From Flavobacteriaceae bacterium (lineage in GTDB: Bacteria; Bacteroidota; Bacteroidia; Flavobacteriales; Weeksellaceae), in assembly GCA_030529185.1 (NCBI GenBank), contig JAUMXI010000006.1:3159-67158 (forward strand): a stretch of DNA of 64,000 nucleotides, in the 5' to 3' direction. The position numbers and the translations under genes were made by a program. Below are positions 1 through 9,965 of the stretch, in pieces. Under the pieces are notes generated by a model, which had not been told where the DNA came from, did no database searches, and saw only the letters and a list, made by a program, of their open reading frames with translations. Each line of letters starts with the position of its first letter. Positions within the stretch are counted from its first letter, which is position 1.

Positions 1-2326
1 AGGCAGACACGCCATAGATAATCCCAAAATTCACGGTTTTAGCTTGACTTCTTTGGAGTTTCGTCACTTCATTTAACGGAACCTTAAACAATTTCGCCGC
101 CGTAGATGCGTGAATATCCTCCCCTCTTTGGAAGGCTTCAATCATATTTTGTTCGCCCGAAATATCTGCAATCAACCTTAATTCTATTTGAGAATAATCA
201 GCGGAAATGAGTTGATTTCCCTCCGTTGAAACAAATGCCGAACGCACCTGCTGACCTCTGGCAGTTCGTATTGGAATGTTCTGCAAATTAGGATTAGCAC
301 TCGCCAAACGCCCCGTAGCCGCCACCGTTTGCATAAAAGTGGTATGAATTCGCTCTGTTTTTTCATTCACCTGCAAAGGCAAAGTATCCACATAAGTTGA
401 TTTCAACTTTTGGTAAGTTCTATACTCCAAAATATGCTGAATAATCTCGTGTTTTGATGCTAATTTCTGCAAAACTTCTTCGGAAGTGGCGTATTGCCCA
501 GTCTTGGTTTTCTTGGCTTTTGGGTCTAACTGCAATTTTTCAAATAAAATTTCGCCCAATTGTTTCGGAGAATTGAGATTAAATTCTTCTCCTGACAGCC
601 CAAATATTTTCTGCTCTAAATCTTTTAAATCTTTCTCCAGTTCAAGACTTTCTTTCGCTAAACTTTCTTTATCCAAAGCAATTCCTACCAATTCCATCTT
701 CACCAAGACTTTCATCAACGGCATTTCCACCTGATAAAATAAATTCTCTAACTGCTCTTCTTTTATCTTTTTAGAAAAAATTTCATACAACTGAAAAGTA
801 ATATCGGCATCTTCTCCAGCATAATTGGTCTGTTCCTCCAAAGAAACCGAACGCAAAGTCCCTTGATTTTTACCCTTTTTACCAATTAAACTCTCTATTG
901 AAATGGGCGTATAATTTAGGTAAATCTCAGATAAATAATCCATTCCGTGCCTCATATCGGGGTTGAGGAGATAGTGGGCAATCATCGTATCAAACATTGC
1001 TCCTTTCACCTCAATATTATAATTTTTAAGGACTTTATAATCGTATTTTATATTATGTGCAATCTTAATAATATCCTGTCTTTCAAAAAAATCTCTAAAA
1101 ATTTCCAAGGTTTTTTGAGCCTCTTCCCTATCCTCCGAAATGGGAACATAATACGCCAAACCTTTCTTATAACTGAAACTCAAACCTATCAATTCCGCCT
1201 CTGTTTCCTCCAAAGATGTAGTTTCCGTATCAAAACAAACTGCCCTTTGCTCCAAAAGGTTTTTCAACAAAAGTTGCTGACCTCTAGGCGTGTGAATGTA
1301 TTGATAAAGATGTTCTGTATTTTCTATGGTGTTTTTTGTAGTAGCCACTTGCTCACCTTCTTCATCCTCCAAATTAGAAAATAAATCCAACTGAACTGAT
1401 TGGGTTTTCTCATCGGCTTTTTGTTCAGTTTCAGCAGGAGAATTAAAGATTTTCAATAAATTATCGTAAAGTCTTTTGAACTCAATTTCCTCAAAAATTT
1501 CTTTTAATTTATCAAAATCAGGTTTTTCTAAATGATATTTTTCGTGTTCAAAATCAATAGGTGCGTCCGTTAAAATCGTGGCTAATTTTTTAGATAAAAG
1601 CCCTCTTTCCGCCGAAGCCTCCACCTTTTCTTTAATTTTCCCTTTGAGCTTATCGGTATTCGCCAAAAGATTTTCCATAGAGCCAAACTCCTGCAAAAAT
1701 TTCTTGGCAGTTTTTTCGCCCACACCCTCCAAACCTGGGATATTATCCACTGCATCTCCCATCATTCCAAGAAAATCTATGACTTGTTTTGGGTCTTGAA
1801 TTTCATATTTCTCCAAAACCTCCTTCACGCCTAAAATTTCAATATCTCCACCCTTGGAAGCAGGTTTATAGATTTTAATTTTGTCCGTCACCAGTTGAGC
1901 AAAATCCTTATCTGGTGTCACCATAAAGACTTCATAACCTTGATTTTCTGCCTTTACGGCAATCGTACCTATGACATCATCAGCCTCATAACCTTCTACT
2001 CCCAAAGTAGGAATGTGCATCGCCTCCAAAATCTTATGAATATAGGGAATGGCAATTTTTATCGCCTCTGGAGTTTCTGCTCTATTGGCTTTGTATTCGG
2101 CAAAATCTTCGGTTCTTACACTGGCTTTCCCCACATCAAAAACCACAGCTAAATGACTGGGATTCTCCCTTTTTATCAGCTCAATCAAAGAATTGGTAAA
2201 TCCGAAAATCGCCGATGTATCTAAGCCCTTGCTGGACAATCTTGGGTTTTTAATAAAGGCATAATACCCACGGAAAATCATCGCGTAGGCATCTATCAAA
2301 TAAAGTTTTTTGTCTTCTACAATCAT
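1..2326 (-). CDS. polA: DNA polymerase I, partial. N-terminus is in the window and the C-terminus lies beyond position 1.
   Basis: The minus-strand ATG at 2324-2326 gives MIVEDKKLYLIDAYAMIFRGYYAF..., a classic 5'-3' exonuclease N-terminus. The same frame at 1-58 gives ...AKTVNFGIIYGVSA, the polymerase motif B region. There is no in-window stop, so the gene runs off the 5' edge, which is consistent with it being absent from the ORF track. Confidence 0.9.
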   Translation of the reverse strand, partial: MIVEDKKLYLIDAYAMIFRGYYAFIKNPRLSSKGLDTSAIFGFTNSLIELIKRENPSHLAVVFDVGKASVRTEDFAEYKANRAETPEAIKIAIPYIHKILEAMHIPTLGVEGYEADDVIGTIAVKAENQGYEVFMVTPDKDFAQLVTDKIKIYKPASKGGDIEILGVKEVLEKYEIQDPKQVIDFLGMMGDAVDNIPGLEGVGEKTAKKFLQEFGSMENLLANTDKLKGKIKEKVEASAERGLLSKKLATILTDAPIDFEHEKYHLEKPDFDKLKEIFEEIEFKRLYDNLLKIFNSPAETEQKADEKTQSVQLDLFSNLEDEEGEQVATTKNTIENTEHLYQYIHTPRGQQLLLKNLLEQRAVCFDTETTSLEETEAELIGLSFSYKKGLAYYVPISEDREEAQKTLEIFRDFFERQDIIKIAHNIKYDYKVLKNYNIEVKGAMFDTMIAHYLLNPDMRHGMDYLSEIYLNYTPISIESLIGKKGKNQGTLRSVSLEEQTNYAGEDADITFQLYEIFSKKIKEEQLENLFYQVEMPLMKVLVKMELVGIALDKESLAKESLELEKDLKDLEQKIFGLSGEEFNLNSPKQLGEILFEKLQLDPKAKKTKTGQYATSEEVLQKLASKHEIIQHILEYRTYQKLKSTYVDTLPLQVNEKTERIHTTFMQTVAATGRLASANPNLQNIPIRTARGQQVRSAFVSTEGNQLISADYSQIELRLIADISGEQNMIEAFQRGEDIHASTAAKLFKVPLNEVTKLQRSQAKTVNFGIIYGVSA

Positions 2327-2401
2327 AAAGGCAAAGATAATGGAAATTTTGAGATTTTTCCATTTAAGTTCTCCTGCTTTTTGAGTATCATATTAATAAA
2401 C

Positions 2402-3637
2402 TTACTTCAAAGTCATTTGCATTACTTCCAAATCAAATTCAGCGGCGGCGGTCAAGATATGGTCAAAAATATCGGCTTGTATTTGCTCATAATCAGCCAT
2501 TCCCGTTTTATTCGCAAAGCAATAAATCTCCAATGGCATTCCTTGTGGCGTGATTTCCATTTGCCTTACCAAAAGCATATCGGTTTGCGAAATGTTTGGG
2601 CTGTTTTTAAGATAATTTAAAGTATAATTTCTGAAAACTCCAATATTGGTGAGCTGTTTTCCGTTAATCACGCGTTGTTTATTACGAAGGCTTTCTCGCT
2701 CTTTTTTTATTTCCGAATAGCGATTTTCCAAATATCCAGAAATCAAATTAATGTCCTTTAACCTTTCATAAAATTCATCATCAATAAACCTAAACGACTT
2801 GATATTGAAGTAAATAGAACGCTTTATTCTTCGCTCTTTTCCCTCGTACATTACCTGAATATTTTTAATCTCCGTGCTGAGCAAATCATAGGTAGGAATA
2901 GTAGAAACTGTCTTATCAAAATTCAGAATTTTAGTGGTTAAAAGGTTGATTTCCTGTATAGTTCCCTCAATATCATATTTTTTAATTCCGACCCAATCCC
3001 CTACTTTCAGATTTTTAGAAATGGAAACATGAAGCCCCGTCACCAGCCCTAAAATCGTATCTCTAAACACTAAAATCAACAAGGCAGTAAAAGCCCCAAT
3101 ATAACCCAAAACCCCCGCCATTGTTACGCCTAACAATTTGGAAACCATCAGTATAGCAACCATAATATAACCGATGAGTTTTATCGTATCATAAATTGCC
3201 TTAAACGCCGTTGCCCGATAGTGGTCGTTGGTAATAATCAAGTATTTTTCCACCGATTTGAGCAACCTATTGACAATTCTAATGGATATAACAATGCTCA
3301 GAGCAACAATAATAAAGTCTAAAACTTGGTAGCTTTTAGGGTGCCTCCAAAATATTTCCTCTATCACAAGATCAGCAAAAGTAAGCGACATCAATCGGAT
3401 AACAGAGTGATGAACTTCAGAATCTAAAACTGCCTTTATCAAAGGTTTATGATGCCTTCTGGAAATTAATTTTAAGATGAAATCTATGAGCTTTTTATTG
3501 ATAAAATCAATAATAAAGAAAACGATAATAAGTAAAATAAACTTGAAAAATATTTGGGAAATCAAAATCGTCCCATCATAAAAGTAATCTCTTATGAAAA
3601 AATGAATCGCATCACTGATTTCTTTTAGAATCTTCAT
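2402..3637 (-). CDS. mechanosensitive ion channel (MscS) family protein
   Basis: 411-aa ORF with N-terminal TM helices followed by an MscS-like beta domain (…KVGDWVGIKKYDIEGTIQEINLLTTKI…). Confidence 0.75.
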   Translation of the reverse strand: MKILKEISDAIHFFIRDYFYDGTILISQIFFKFILLIIVFFIIDFINKKLIDFILKLISRRHHKPLIKAVLDSEVHHSVIRLMSLTFADLVIEEIFWRHPKSYQVLDFIIVALSIVISIRIVNRLLKSVEKYLIITNDHYRATAFKAIYDTIKLIGYIMVAILMVSKLLGVTMAGVLGYIGAFTALLILVFRDTILGLVTGLHVSISKNLKVGDWVGIKKYDIEGTIQEINLLTTKILNFDKTVSTIPTYDLLSTEIKNIQVMYEGKERRIKRSIYFNIKSFRFIDDEFYERLKDINLISGYLENRYSEIKKERESLRNKQRVINGKQLTNIGVFRNYTLNYLKNSPNISQTDMLLVRQMEITPQGMPLEIYCFANKTGMADYEQIQADIFDHILTAAAEFDLEVMQMTLK

Positions 3638-3706
3638 CTCTAAAAAATTAAATGAAACAAAATTACAGCATTCCTCTCATTTACAAAAACTATTTTTAGA
3701 ATAATT

Positions 3707-4348
3707 TTACCACTGGATAGGTGTTTTTGCTTTTGAAACTAAAAAATCATTAATTTTAGAAAAAGGCTTACTCCCGAAAAAGCCCCTATATACAGAGAAG
3801 GGTGATGGGTGGGCTGATTGAATAATATAATGTTTGCTTTGGTCTATCAATACAGCTTTTTTTTGAGCAAAAGCTCCCCACAACACAAAAACTACATTTT
3901 CTTTCTTCTCCGAAACCTGTTGAATGACAAAATCTGTAAATTTTCCCCAGCCCAAATCCTTATGAGAATTTGGTTCGTGAGCCTTTACTGTGAGCGTAGC
4001 ATTGAGCATCAAAACTCCTTGTTTTGCCCAATCATCTAACTCGTTTGTGTTTTTTACAACACCTAAATCCTCCTTTAATTCTGTGAAAATATTTTTAAGC
4101 GATGGTGGCGCAGGAACTTGATTGGAAACCGAAAAACAAAGTCCATTTGCTTGATAATCATTATGATACGGGTCTTGCCCGATAATCACTACTTTCACCT
4201 CCTCAAAGGGCGTTAATTCTAATGCTCTAAATATCTGATTTTTTGGAGGAAAACACTTGTGCGTCTCATATTCTTGCTTCACTTTTTGCCAAAGTTCCAC
4301 AAAATATTCCGAGTTTTTTATCGGTGAAAGAACCTCTGTCCAAGTCAT
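3707..4348 (-). CDS. ung: uracil-DNA glycosylase
   Basis: 213 aa with VVIIGQDPYH and an HPSPFS-type motif, typical of family-1 UDG. Confidence 0.9.
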   Translation of the reverse strand: MTWTEVLSPIKNSEYFVELWQKVKQEYETHKCFPPKNQIFRALELTPFEEVKVVIIGQDPYHNDYQANGLCFSVSNQVPAPPSLKNIFTELKEDLGVVKNTNELDDWAKQGVLMLNATLTVKAHEPNSHKDLGWGKFTDFVIQQVSEKKENVVFVLWGAFAQKKAVLIDQSKHYIIQSAHPSPFSVYRGFFGSKPFSKINDFLVSKAKTPIQW

Positions 4349-4365
4349 TTTTAAAATTTTAATAA

Positions 4366-6522
4366 TTAAACTCTTTCCAATTCATCTGAACTGATTTGCG
4401 TTTTGAAAAGCCCATAATTTAGGGTTACTTTATTATTTTTTAGGTCAATTTTTTCAATCGTGCCGATGCTCGTACTACCGATAATTCGCACTCTCTGACC
4501 AACTTTCAGCCACAAAGCTCTCTCCTTTCGTTGTTGCTCTTTAAGTTTCTCTTCGGTTTCAGCAATGGTTTGAATTACAGTTTCTTTTTTTAGCTCTTGA
4601 CTAACTTTTCGCTTGACCACCTTCAGTTTTTCGTTGGAGATTTTGTCGGTTTCGTTGGTTTTACGGAATTTTTCCTGCTCCAAAATTTTCACAAAATCTT
4701 TTACCACTTCCTTTCGGGATTTCCCTTTCGTATAACTCTCTATAAAGGCTTCTATCTTTGTTCCGAACTGCAATTTTCTATGCTCATCTTCATATAATTT
4801 CTGGAAATTATACAATTTGAGTTGAAGTTGCTCATTGAGTTTCTGTAAATTATCTCGCTTATTTTGAGTAGATTCCCTTTTCTCCGCTAAATCGGATTTT
4901 AATTTTTCCACCTCAAATTTCTCCTGTTGAAGTTTAACGATGGTTTTATCCAAATTTACCACATCTTTTTCCACCTTCTTTTTCGCAGCGTGAATAATAA
5001 ACCTCGGAATGTGATTTTTTTCTGCCACTTCAAAAGTAAAAGAACTTCCTGCTTGCCCCACTTCCAGTTTATACATCGGCTCCAAAGTTTCTTCATCGAA
5101 AAGCATTGCCGCATTTTGGGCGTGAGGCAATTGCTCCACTCGTAATTTAATATTCGTGTAATGGGTCGTGATAATGGCAAAACTCTTTTTTTCGTAAAAA
5201 AACTCTAAGAAAGATTCCGCCAAAGCTCCACCCAATTCAGGGTCTGACCCCGTTCCGAATTCATCTATCAAAAGTAAAGTATTTTCATCTGCATCCCTTA
5301 CAATTTTGCTCATTTTTTTCAAACGAGAAGAATAGGTAGAGAGGTGATTTTCAATGGACTGGTTATCACCAATATCCGTCATCAATCGGTCAAAAAAGAA
5401 CATTTCGCTTTTTGAATGAACGGGAACCAAAATCCCTGATTGAAGCATCAATTGAAGCAATCCCAAAGTTTTCAAAGTAATGGATTTTCCACCAGCGTTA
5501 GGTCCTGAAATACAAATAATTCTGTTATTCTCCGTTAATTCCAAAGTTTGGGAGAAAATCTCTTTGTTTTCTTCTTTATTCCTCAACCAAAGCAAAGGGT
5601 GAAACGCATTGATTAATTTTAAGGATTTATGCTGATTGATTTTAGGCAAAACTCCATTGATTTTCAATGCAAAAAGAGCCTTTGCACGAGTAATATCAAG
5701 ATTGAAAATATATTTTTGATAATCTGTAAGTTGAGGCTGGAATTCTGCAATTTCGCTGGTAAGTTTCCTTAAAATTCGGTCAATTTCCTTTTTTTCTAGC
5801 TCCTCATTTTCGCGGAGATGGTAATAATGTTTCACCACACTTTCAGGCTGAATGTAAGTAATTGACCCCGTTTTAGAAATGCTCAACACTCGCCCAGCCA
5901 CACGCTTTTTAAACCCTGATTTTACAGCTAAAACTCGTTGGTCATCTATAATACTTTCTCGGATTTCATCAAGAAAATCTTGTTGAGCATAATGATTTAA
6001 AGACTTATTAAAATTCTCTTGAATCGCTTTTTTAGCAATGGCAATTTCTTCACGAATACCCTTTAAATCAGGAGAAGCCTCGTTTTTCACTTCTCCAAAA
6101 CGATTGAACACCTCCGAAATTTTATCTATAATTTCCTTGCGGTAGTCTAATTCTCTTACCTCATCGGATAAATTCGGGAACAACTCCGTCCATTTCGGAA
6201 AAAACGACTGCAATTTCCCAATCTGCTCTGTCAATTTTTTAATTTTAGAAAAAGAATGTGCTTCTAATCTAAAATTTTCTATTAGCATTAGTTTTAGTTC
6301 CTCTTCTATATCCTCGTATTCATCAAAGGGAATAGGATTTTCACTCTCGTAAGAAGAAAGAAACTCGGAAGTTTTTTTAAGCAATCCGATGGCTTTTTCT
6401 TGTTCCGTTGGAAGTAATTGTAAAATTTGCTCCGCTACCTTTGGCGAATAAGCATAAGGCGAAACTTCCCCTAACAATTTGGGGAACTCCAACTCTTGAA
6501 TATGGGATTGTAAAATTTGCAC
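4366..6522 (-). CDS. mutS2: MutS2-like protein: MutS domains III-V with ATPase, no recognisable Smr tail
   Basis: 718 aa. Walker A ISGPNAGGKSITLKTLGLLQLM and the MutS ABC ATPase core are present. The C-terminal ~60 aa (…LKVGQRVRIIGSTSIGTIEKIDLKNNKVTL…) looks KOW/SH3-like and carries no LDLHG-type Smr motif. Confidence 0.75.
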   Translation of the reverse strand: MQILQSHIQELEFPKLLGEVSPYAYSPKVAEQILQLLPTEQEKAIGLLKKTSEFLSSYESENPIPFDEYEDIEEELKLMLIENFRLEAHSFSKIKKLTEQIGKLQSFFPKWTELFPNLSDEVRELDYRKEIIDKISEVFNRFGEVKNEASPDLKGIREEIAIAKKAIQENFNKSLNHYAQQDFLDEIRESIIDDQRVLAVKSGFKKRVAGRVLSISKTGSITYIQPESVVKHYYHLRENEELEKKEIDRILRKLTSEIAEFQPQLTDYQKYIFNLDITRAKALFALKINGVLPKINQHKSLKLINAFHPLLWLRNKEENKEIFSQTLELTENNRIICISGPNAGGKSITLKTLGLLQLMLQSGILVPVHSKSEMFFFDRLMTDIGDNQSIENHLSTYSSRLKKMSKIVRDADENTLLLIDEFGTGSDPELGGALAESFLEFFYEKKSFAIITTHYTNIKLRVEQLPHAQNAAMLFDEETLEPMYKLEVGQAGSSFTFEVAEKNHIPRFIIHAAKKKVEKDVVNLDKTIVKLQQEKFEVEKLKSDLAEKRESTQNKRDNLQKLNEQLQLKLYNFQKLYEDEHRKLQFGTKIEAFIESYTKGKSRKEVVKDFVKILEQEKFRKTNETDKISNEKLKVVKRKVSQELKKETVIQTIAETEEKLKEQQRKERALWLKVGQRVRIIGSTSIGTIEKIDLKNNKVTLNYGLFKTQISSDELERV

Positions 6523-6622
6523 TCTGCAAAGATAATATTTCTGAACTATTTTTCAACTTTGATAGAGCACTCAAAAAAAACAGCAACCTTTTTCTGTTGC
6601 TGTTTTTTTATTTATAATACTA

Positions 6623-7516
6623 TTACTGCTTGTAATATTTTCCTTTGAATACAACACGGAAACCAAAGTTTCTATCTCCATGCTTAGGAACCACAGAATG
6701 TCTCCAACCTACTTTTGAATACTTTTCACTTTCTGAGAAACTACCTCCACGCAGTGTCACTGTACTTCCTGTACCTGGTCCTCTATAGTCTTTTCTAGGA
6801 TAATTAGTATAATTACCATACCAATCTAATGTCCATTCCCACACATTTCCACTCATATCATAAAGCCCTAATTCATTAGGTTTTTTAGTTCCTACTGGCT
6901 GAGTACCTTTAGTGTTATTTTTATTCCAAGACACTTCATCTGCATTATCACTTCCTGCATATTTGAAGTTTTTACTAAATTTTCCTCCTCTTGCTGCATA
7001 TTCCCATTCTGCTTCTGTAGGAAGTCTTCCTCCTACCCATTTTGCGAAATCTTTTGCTCCTCTCCACTGAACATGAGTCACGGGGTGTTTTTCATATCCT
7101 GCTTCTACCACATATTTATCACCTTGCTTCTTGATTCTTGCGTTATCTAGTTTATTATTATACCAGATTGTAATATCTCCTTTAGAATCTCCCTGCTCAT
7201 TAAGAAATTCAGCAAATTGAGCATTTGTAATTTCATATTTACTAATTTCAAAACTAGTAGTTATGGTAGAATCGAACTGCACTCCATTTCCTTCATCATC
7301 TTCATCTTCTGGTAATCCCATTTTAAAAGTTCCTGCTTCTACTACAACAGTTTCTATTCCTCTAACTGTTTCTCCCTTTTTAGGACCTTCTCCTTGTATA
7401 GGTTCTTCTTTTTTAGAAGGGTTTTCCTTGGTTCCTTCATCTCTATTACACTGTAAAGAAAGTGTTGCTACCATCAATAATAATGGCAATAGACTAGTTT
7501 TTTTTAAATTTCTCAT
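6623..7516 (-). CDS. FGE-sulfatase (SUMF1) fold lipoprotein, non-catalytic, GldJ/GldK-like
   Basis: 297 aa. Signal peptide plus lipobox Cys (…TLSLQCNRDEG). An FGE-sulfatase domain (…HPVTHVQW…RLPTEAEWEYAARGG…MSGNVWEWT…RGGSF…FGFRVV). The RGGSFxC…C catalytic cysteines are absent. Confidence 0.75.
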   Translation of the reverse strand: MRNLKKTSLLPLLLMVATLSLQCNRDEGTKENPSKKEEPIQGEGPKKGETVRGIETVVVEAGTFKMGLPEDEDDEGNGVQFDSTITTSFEISKYEITNAQFAEFLNEQGDSKGDITIWYNNKLDNARIKKQGDKYVVEAGYEKHPVTHVQWRGAKDFAKWVGGRLPTEAEWEYAARGGKFSKNFKYAGSDNADEVSWNKNNTKGTQPVGTKKPNELGLYDMSGNVWEWTLDWYGNYTNYPRKDYRGPGTGSTVTLRGGSFSESEKYSKVGWRHSVVPKHGDRNFGFRVVFKGKYYKQ

Positions 7517-7585
7517 TATATCAACTTTATATTTACCCCCTACTCTATTGTAGGCTTTTCGGGAATCGCCTTTATTTTAAAGATA

Positions 7586-8488
7586 TTATTTTACTTGAAA
7601 TACTACACGGAAGCCGTAATCTTCACGACTAAAGTCTGAAAAATCTCTATTGCGATAAGCTACTCTTGTTTTATTTACTTCTGTTTTAAAGCTACCTCCA
7701 CGGATAACATTCTGAAAACCAAAATCAGGACCTTTCGGATCTTTTTGAGGTCCGCTTTTATATCCACTATCATAGAGATCTAATGTCCATTCCCACACAT
7801 TTCCACTCATATCGTGAATTCCCAGTTCGTTTGGAGTTTTTAAGCCTATAGGGTGAGTCTTATTTTCTGAATTTTCTTTATTCCAAGACACTTCATCTGC
7901 ATTATCACTTCCTGAGTACGAAGTATTTTTACTCTTTTGCCCTCCTCTTGCGGCATATTCCCATTGAGCTTCGGTTGGTAATTTTCCTCCTACCCATTTA
8001 GCAAAAGCTTTTGCTCCATTTCTCGTCACATAGGTAACAGGGTGGTTTTCATACCCATCTTCCACGATAAATTTATTTCCTTGCTTTACTATTCTTGCAT
8101 CTGATTTGCTCTCATTATACCATCTATACAGACCATCTTGTGGGTTTCCTTCAACATTAAGAAATTGAGCGAATTGAGCATTAGTGACTTCATACTTACT
8201 AATACTGAAGCTACTTAATGTCACTTGATGCTGAGGTCTCTCATCACTACCTCCCACTCCTTCTGGGCTACCCATCATAAAAGTTCCCCCCTCTACAAGG
8301 ACTGTTTCCAACTCTATCGTAGGCTTAGCTGGTTTAGGAGCTTCTGGTTTTGGCTGATTGGAAGAACCTGGTGTCACTGGTTTAGGTTCAGAATTTTCTG
8401 GTTTTCCTTCATTTCTATTACACTGCCAATTCATCAGTGCCAATGCTAATACCAATGGTATAACTCTAAGATTTTTAAAATTTCTCAT
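7586..8488 (-). CDS. FGE-sulfatase fold lipoprotein, non-catalytic; tandem paralog of 6623..7516
   Basis: 300 aa with the same architecture (…NWQCNRNEG lipobox; HPVTYV…KLPTEAQWEYAARGG…MSGNVWEWT…RGGSF…GFRVVF) and no catalytic Cys pair. Confidence 0.75.
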   Translation of the reverse strand: MRNFKNLRVIPLVLALALMNWQCNRNEGKPENSEPKPVTPGSSNQPKPEAPKPAKPTIELETVLVEGGTFMMGSPEGVGGSDERPQHQVTLSSFSISKYEVTNAQFAQFLNVEGNPQDGLYRWYNESKSDARIVKQGNKFIVEDGYENHPVTYVTRNGAKAFAKWVGGKLPTEAQWEYAARGGQKSKNTSYSGSDNADEVSWNKENSENKTHPIGLKTPNELGIHDMSGNVWEWTLDLYDSGYKSGPQKDPKGPDFGFQNVIRGGSFKTEVNKTRVAYRNRDFSDFSREDYGFRVVFQVK

Positions 8489-8656
8489 TATATTAAATTT
8501 AATTATTCTAAGTATTATTTTTTATTTTATTTCTTACAAAATATTATTTTAAGCTCGAATCAAGAGAACGCTTATTAATGAATTACACTTTATCAATATT
8601 TTGTAGCACTACAAAGATAAGAATTTTATGCGGATTTAAAACATGATTATTATCAT

Positions 8657-8689
8657 AAAAAAAACCAGCCTTCTTTTTAAGACTGGTTT
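8657..8689 (-). terminator. rho-independent terminator downstream of the 8695..9954 gene
   Basis: Inverted repeat AAACCAG (8662-8668) and CTGGTTT (8683-8689). The A8 run at 8657-8664 becomes a U-run after the hairpin on the minus-strand transcript. Confidence 0.5.
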
Positions 8690-8694
8690 GTATT

Positions 8695-9954
8695 TTACAA
8701 CGGCATAAATTCTAAGCCCATTTTTTGCTCTAATTCTTTATAATAACCTGAATCTAATTTCTCTTTCAAGGCAGCGAAAGCATCAAGAGTCTCATTGATT
8801 TCAGCATCGGTATGAGACGCCGTAGGGATTAGCCTCAACAAAATATTCCCTTTCGGAATTACAGGATATACCACCACAGAAGTGAAAATTCCGTAATTTT
8901 CTCTCAAATCTTTTACCAATAAAGTCGCTTCCACTGGCGAACCTTGTATAAACACGGGCGTCACGCAAGTATTGGTTTCACCTAAATTAAATCCTCTTTC
9001 TCTCAATCCGTTTTGAAGTTTGCGAACATTTTCCCAAAGTTTCGCCTTAATTTCCGGTCTGCTTCTCAATAGCTCCAATCTCTTCAAACCACCGATAACC
9101 ATTGGCATTGTCAAAGATTTTGCAAAGATTTGAGAACGAAGATTGAATTTCAAATAACGAATAATCTCCTTATCTCCCGCTACGAATGCTCCAAAACCAG
9201 CCATTGACTTCGCAAAAGTAGAGAAATACACATCAATTTGGTCTTGGCAACCTTGCTCCTCTCCTGCCCCAAAACCTTTCTCGCCAAGAGTTCCGAATCC
9301 GTGAGCATCATCTACCAACAATCTAAAATTGAATTTCTTTTTCAGTTCGCAGATTTCTTTTAACTTACCTTGCTGACCTCTCATTCCAAAAACACCCTCG
9401 GTAATTACTAAAATTCCTCCACCATTTTCTTCTGCCACTTTTGTTGCTCTCTCCAAGTTTTTCTCCAAACTCTCCATATCATTGTGTTTGTAGGTAAAAC
9501 TTGTCCCAAAATGCAATCTCACTCCATCAATAATACAAGCGTGAGAATCTGCATCATAAACAATCACATCTCTTCTCGTTACCAAAGCATCAATGATAGA
9601 TACCATACCTTGATAACCGAAATTTAATAAATATGCTGATTCTTTTTCTACGAATTCTGCTAATTCTTTTTCTAACTGCAAGTGAGCGTCCGTCTCCCCA
9701 GACATGGCTCTCGCTCCCATTGGGTAGAACATTCCGTATTGAGCTGCGGCCTTAGCATCTGTTTCTAAAACTTCTGGGTGATTACAAAGACCCAAATAAT
9801 CATTCGCTGACCAAAAAACCACTTCTTTCCCCTGAAATTTCATCCTCGGTCCGATAGGTCCTTCCAATCTTGGGAAAATAAAATATCCTTCACCATAATC
9901 TGCAAACTGCCCTAATGGTCCTGGGTTTTGTTTAATTCTTTCAAAAATATCCAT
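8695..9954 (-). CDS. PLP-dependent alpha-oxoamine synthase family acyltransferase (Kbl/BioF/SPT/Cft-like)
   Basis: 419 aa with N-terminal …ANDYLGL… and PLP-lysine motif …YFSTFAKSMAG…, giving class-II aminotransferase/AOS-family similarity throughout. Confidence 0.8.
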   Translation of the reverse strand: MDIFERIKQNPGPLGQFADYGEGYFIFPRLEGPIGPRMKFQGKEVVFWSANDYLGLCNHPEVLETDAKAAAQYGMFYPMGARAMSGETDAHLQLEKELAEFVEKESAYLLNFGYQGMVSIIDALVTRRDVIVYDADSHACIIDGVRLHFGTSFTYKHNDMESLEKNLERATKVAEENGGGILVITEGVFGMRGQQGKLKEICELKKKFNFRLLVDDAHGFGTLGEKGFGAGEEQGCQDQIDVYFSTFAKSMAGFGAFVAGDKEIIRYLKFNLRSQIFAKSLTMPMVIGGLKRLELLRSRPEIKAKLWENVRKLQNGLRERGFNLGETNTCVTPVFIQGSPVEATLLVKDLRENYGIFTSVVVYPVIPKGNILLRLIPTASHTDAEINETLDAFAALKEKLDSGYYKELEQKMGLEFMPL

Positions 9955-9965
9955 GATTTTAACAT

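Noticed and set aside
486-2152. Several 70-145-aa plus-strand ORFs in the first 2.3 kb
   Set aside because: They lie antisense to a clean, long polA reading frame on the minus strand. polA is missing from the ORF track only because its stop is outside the window. The proteins are low-complexity with no recognisable motifs.
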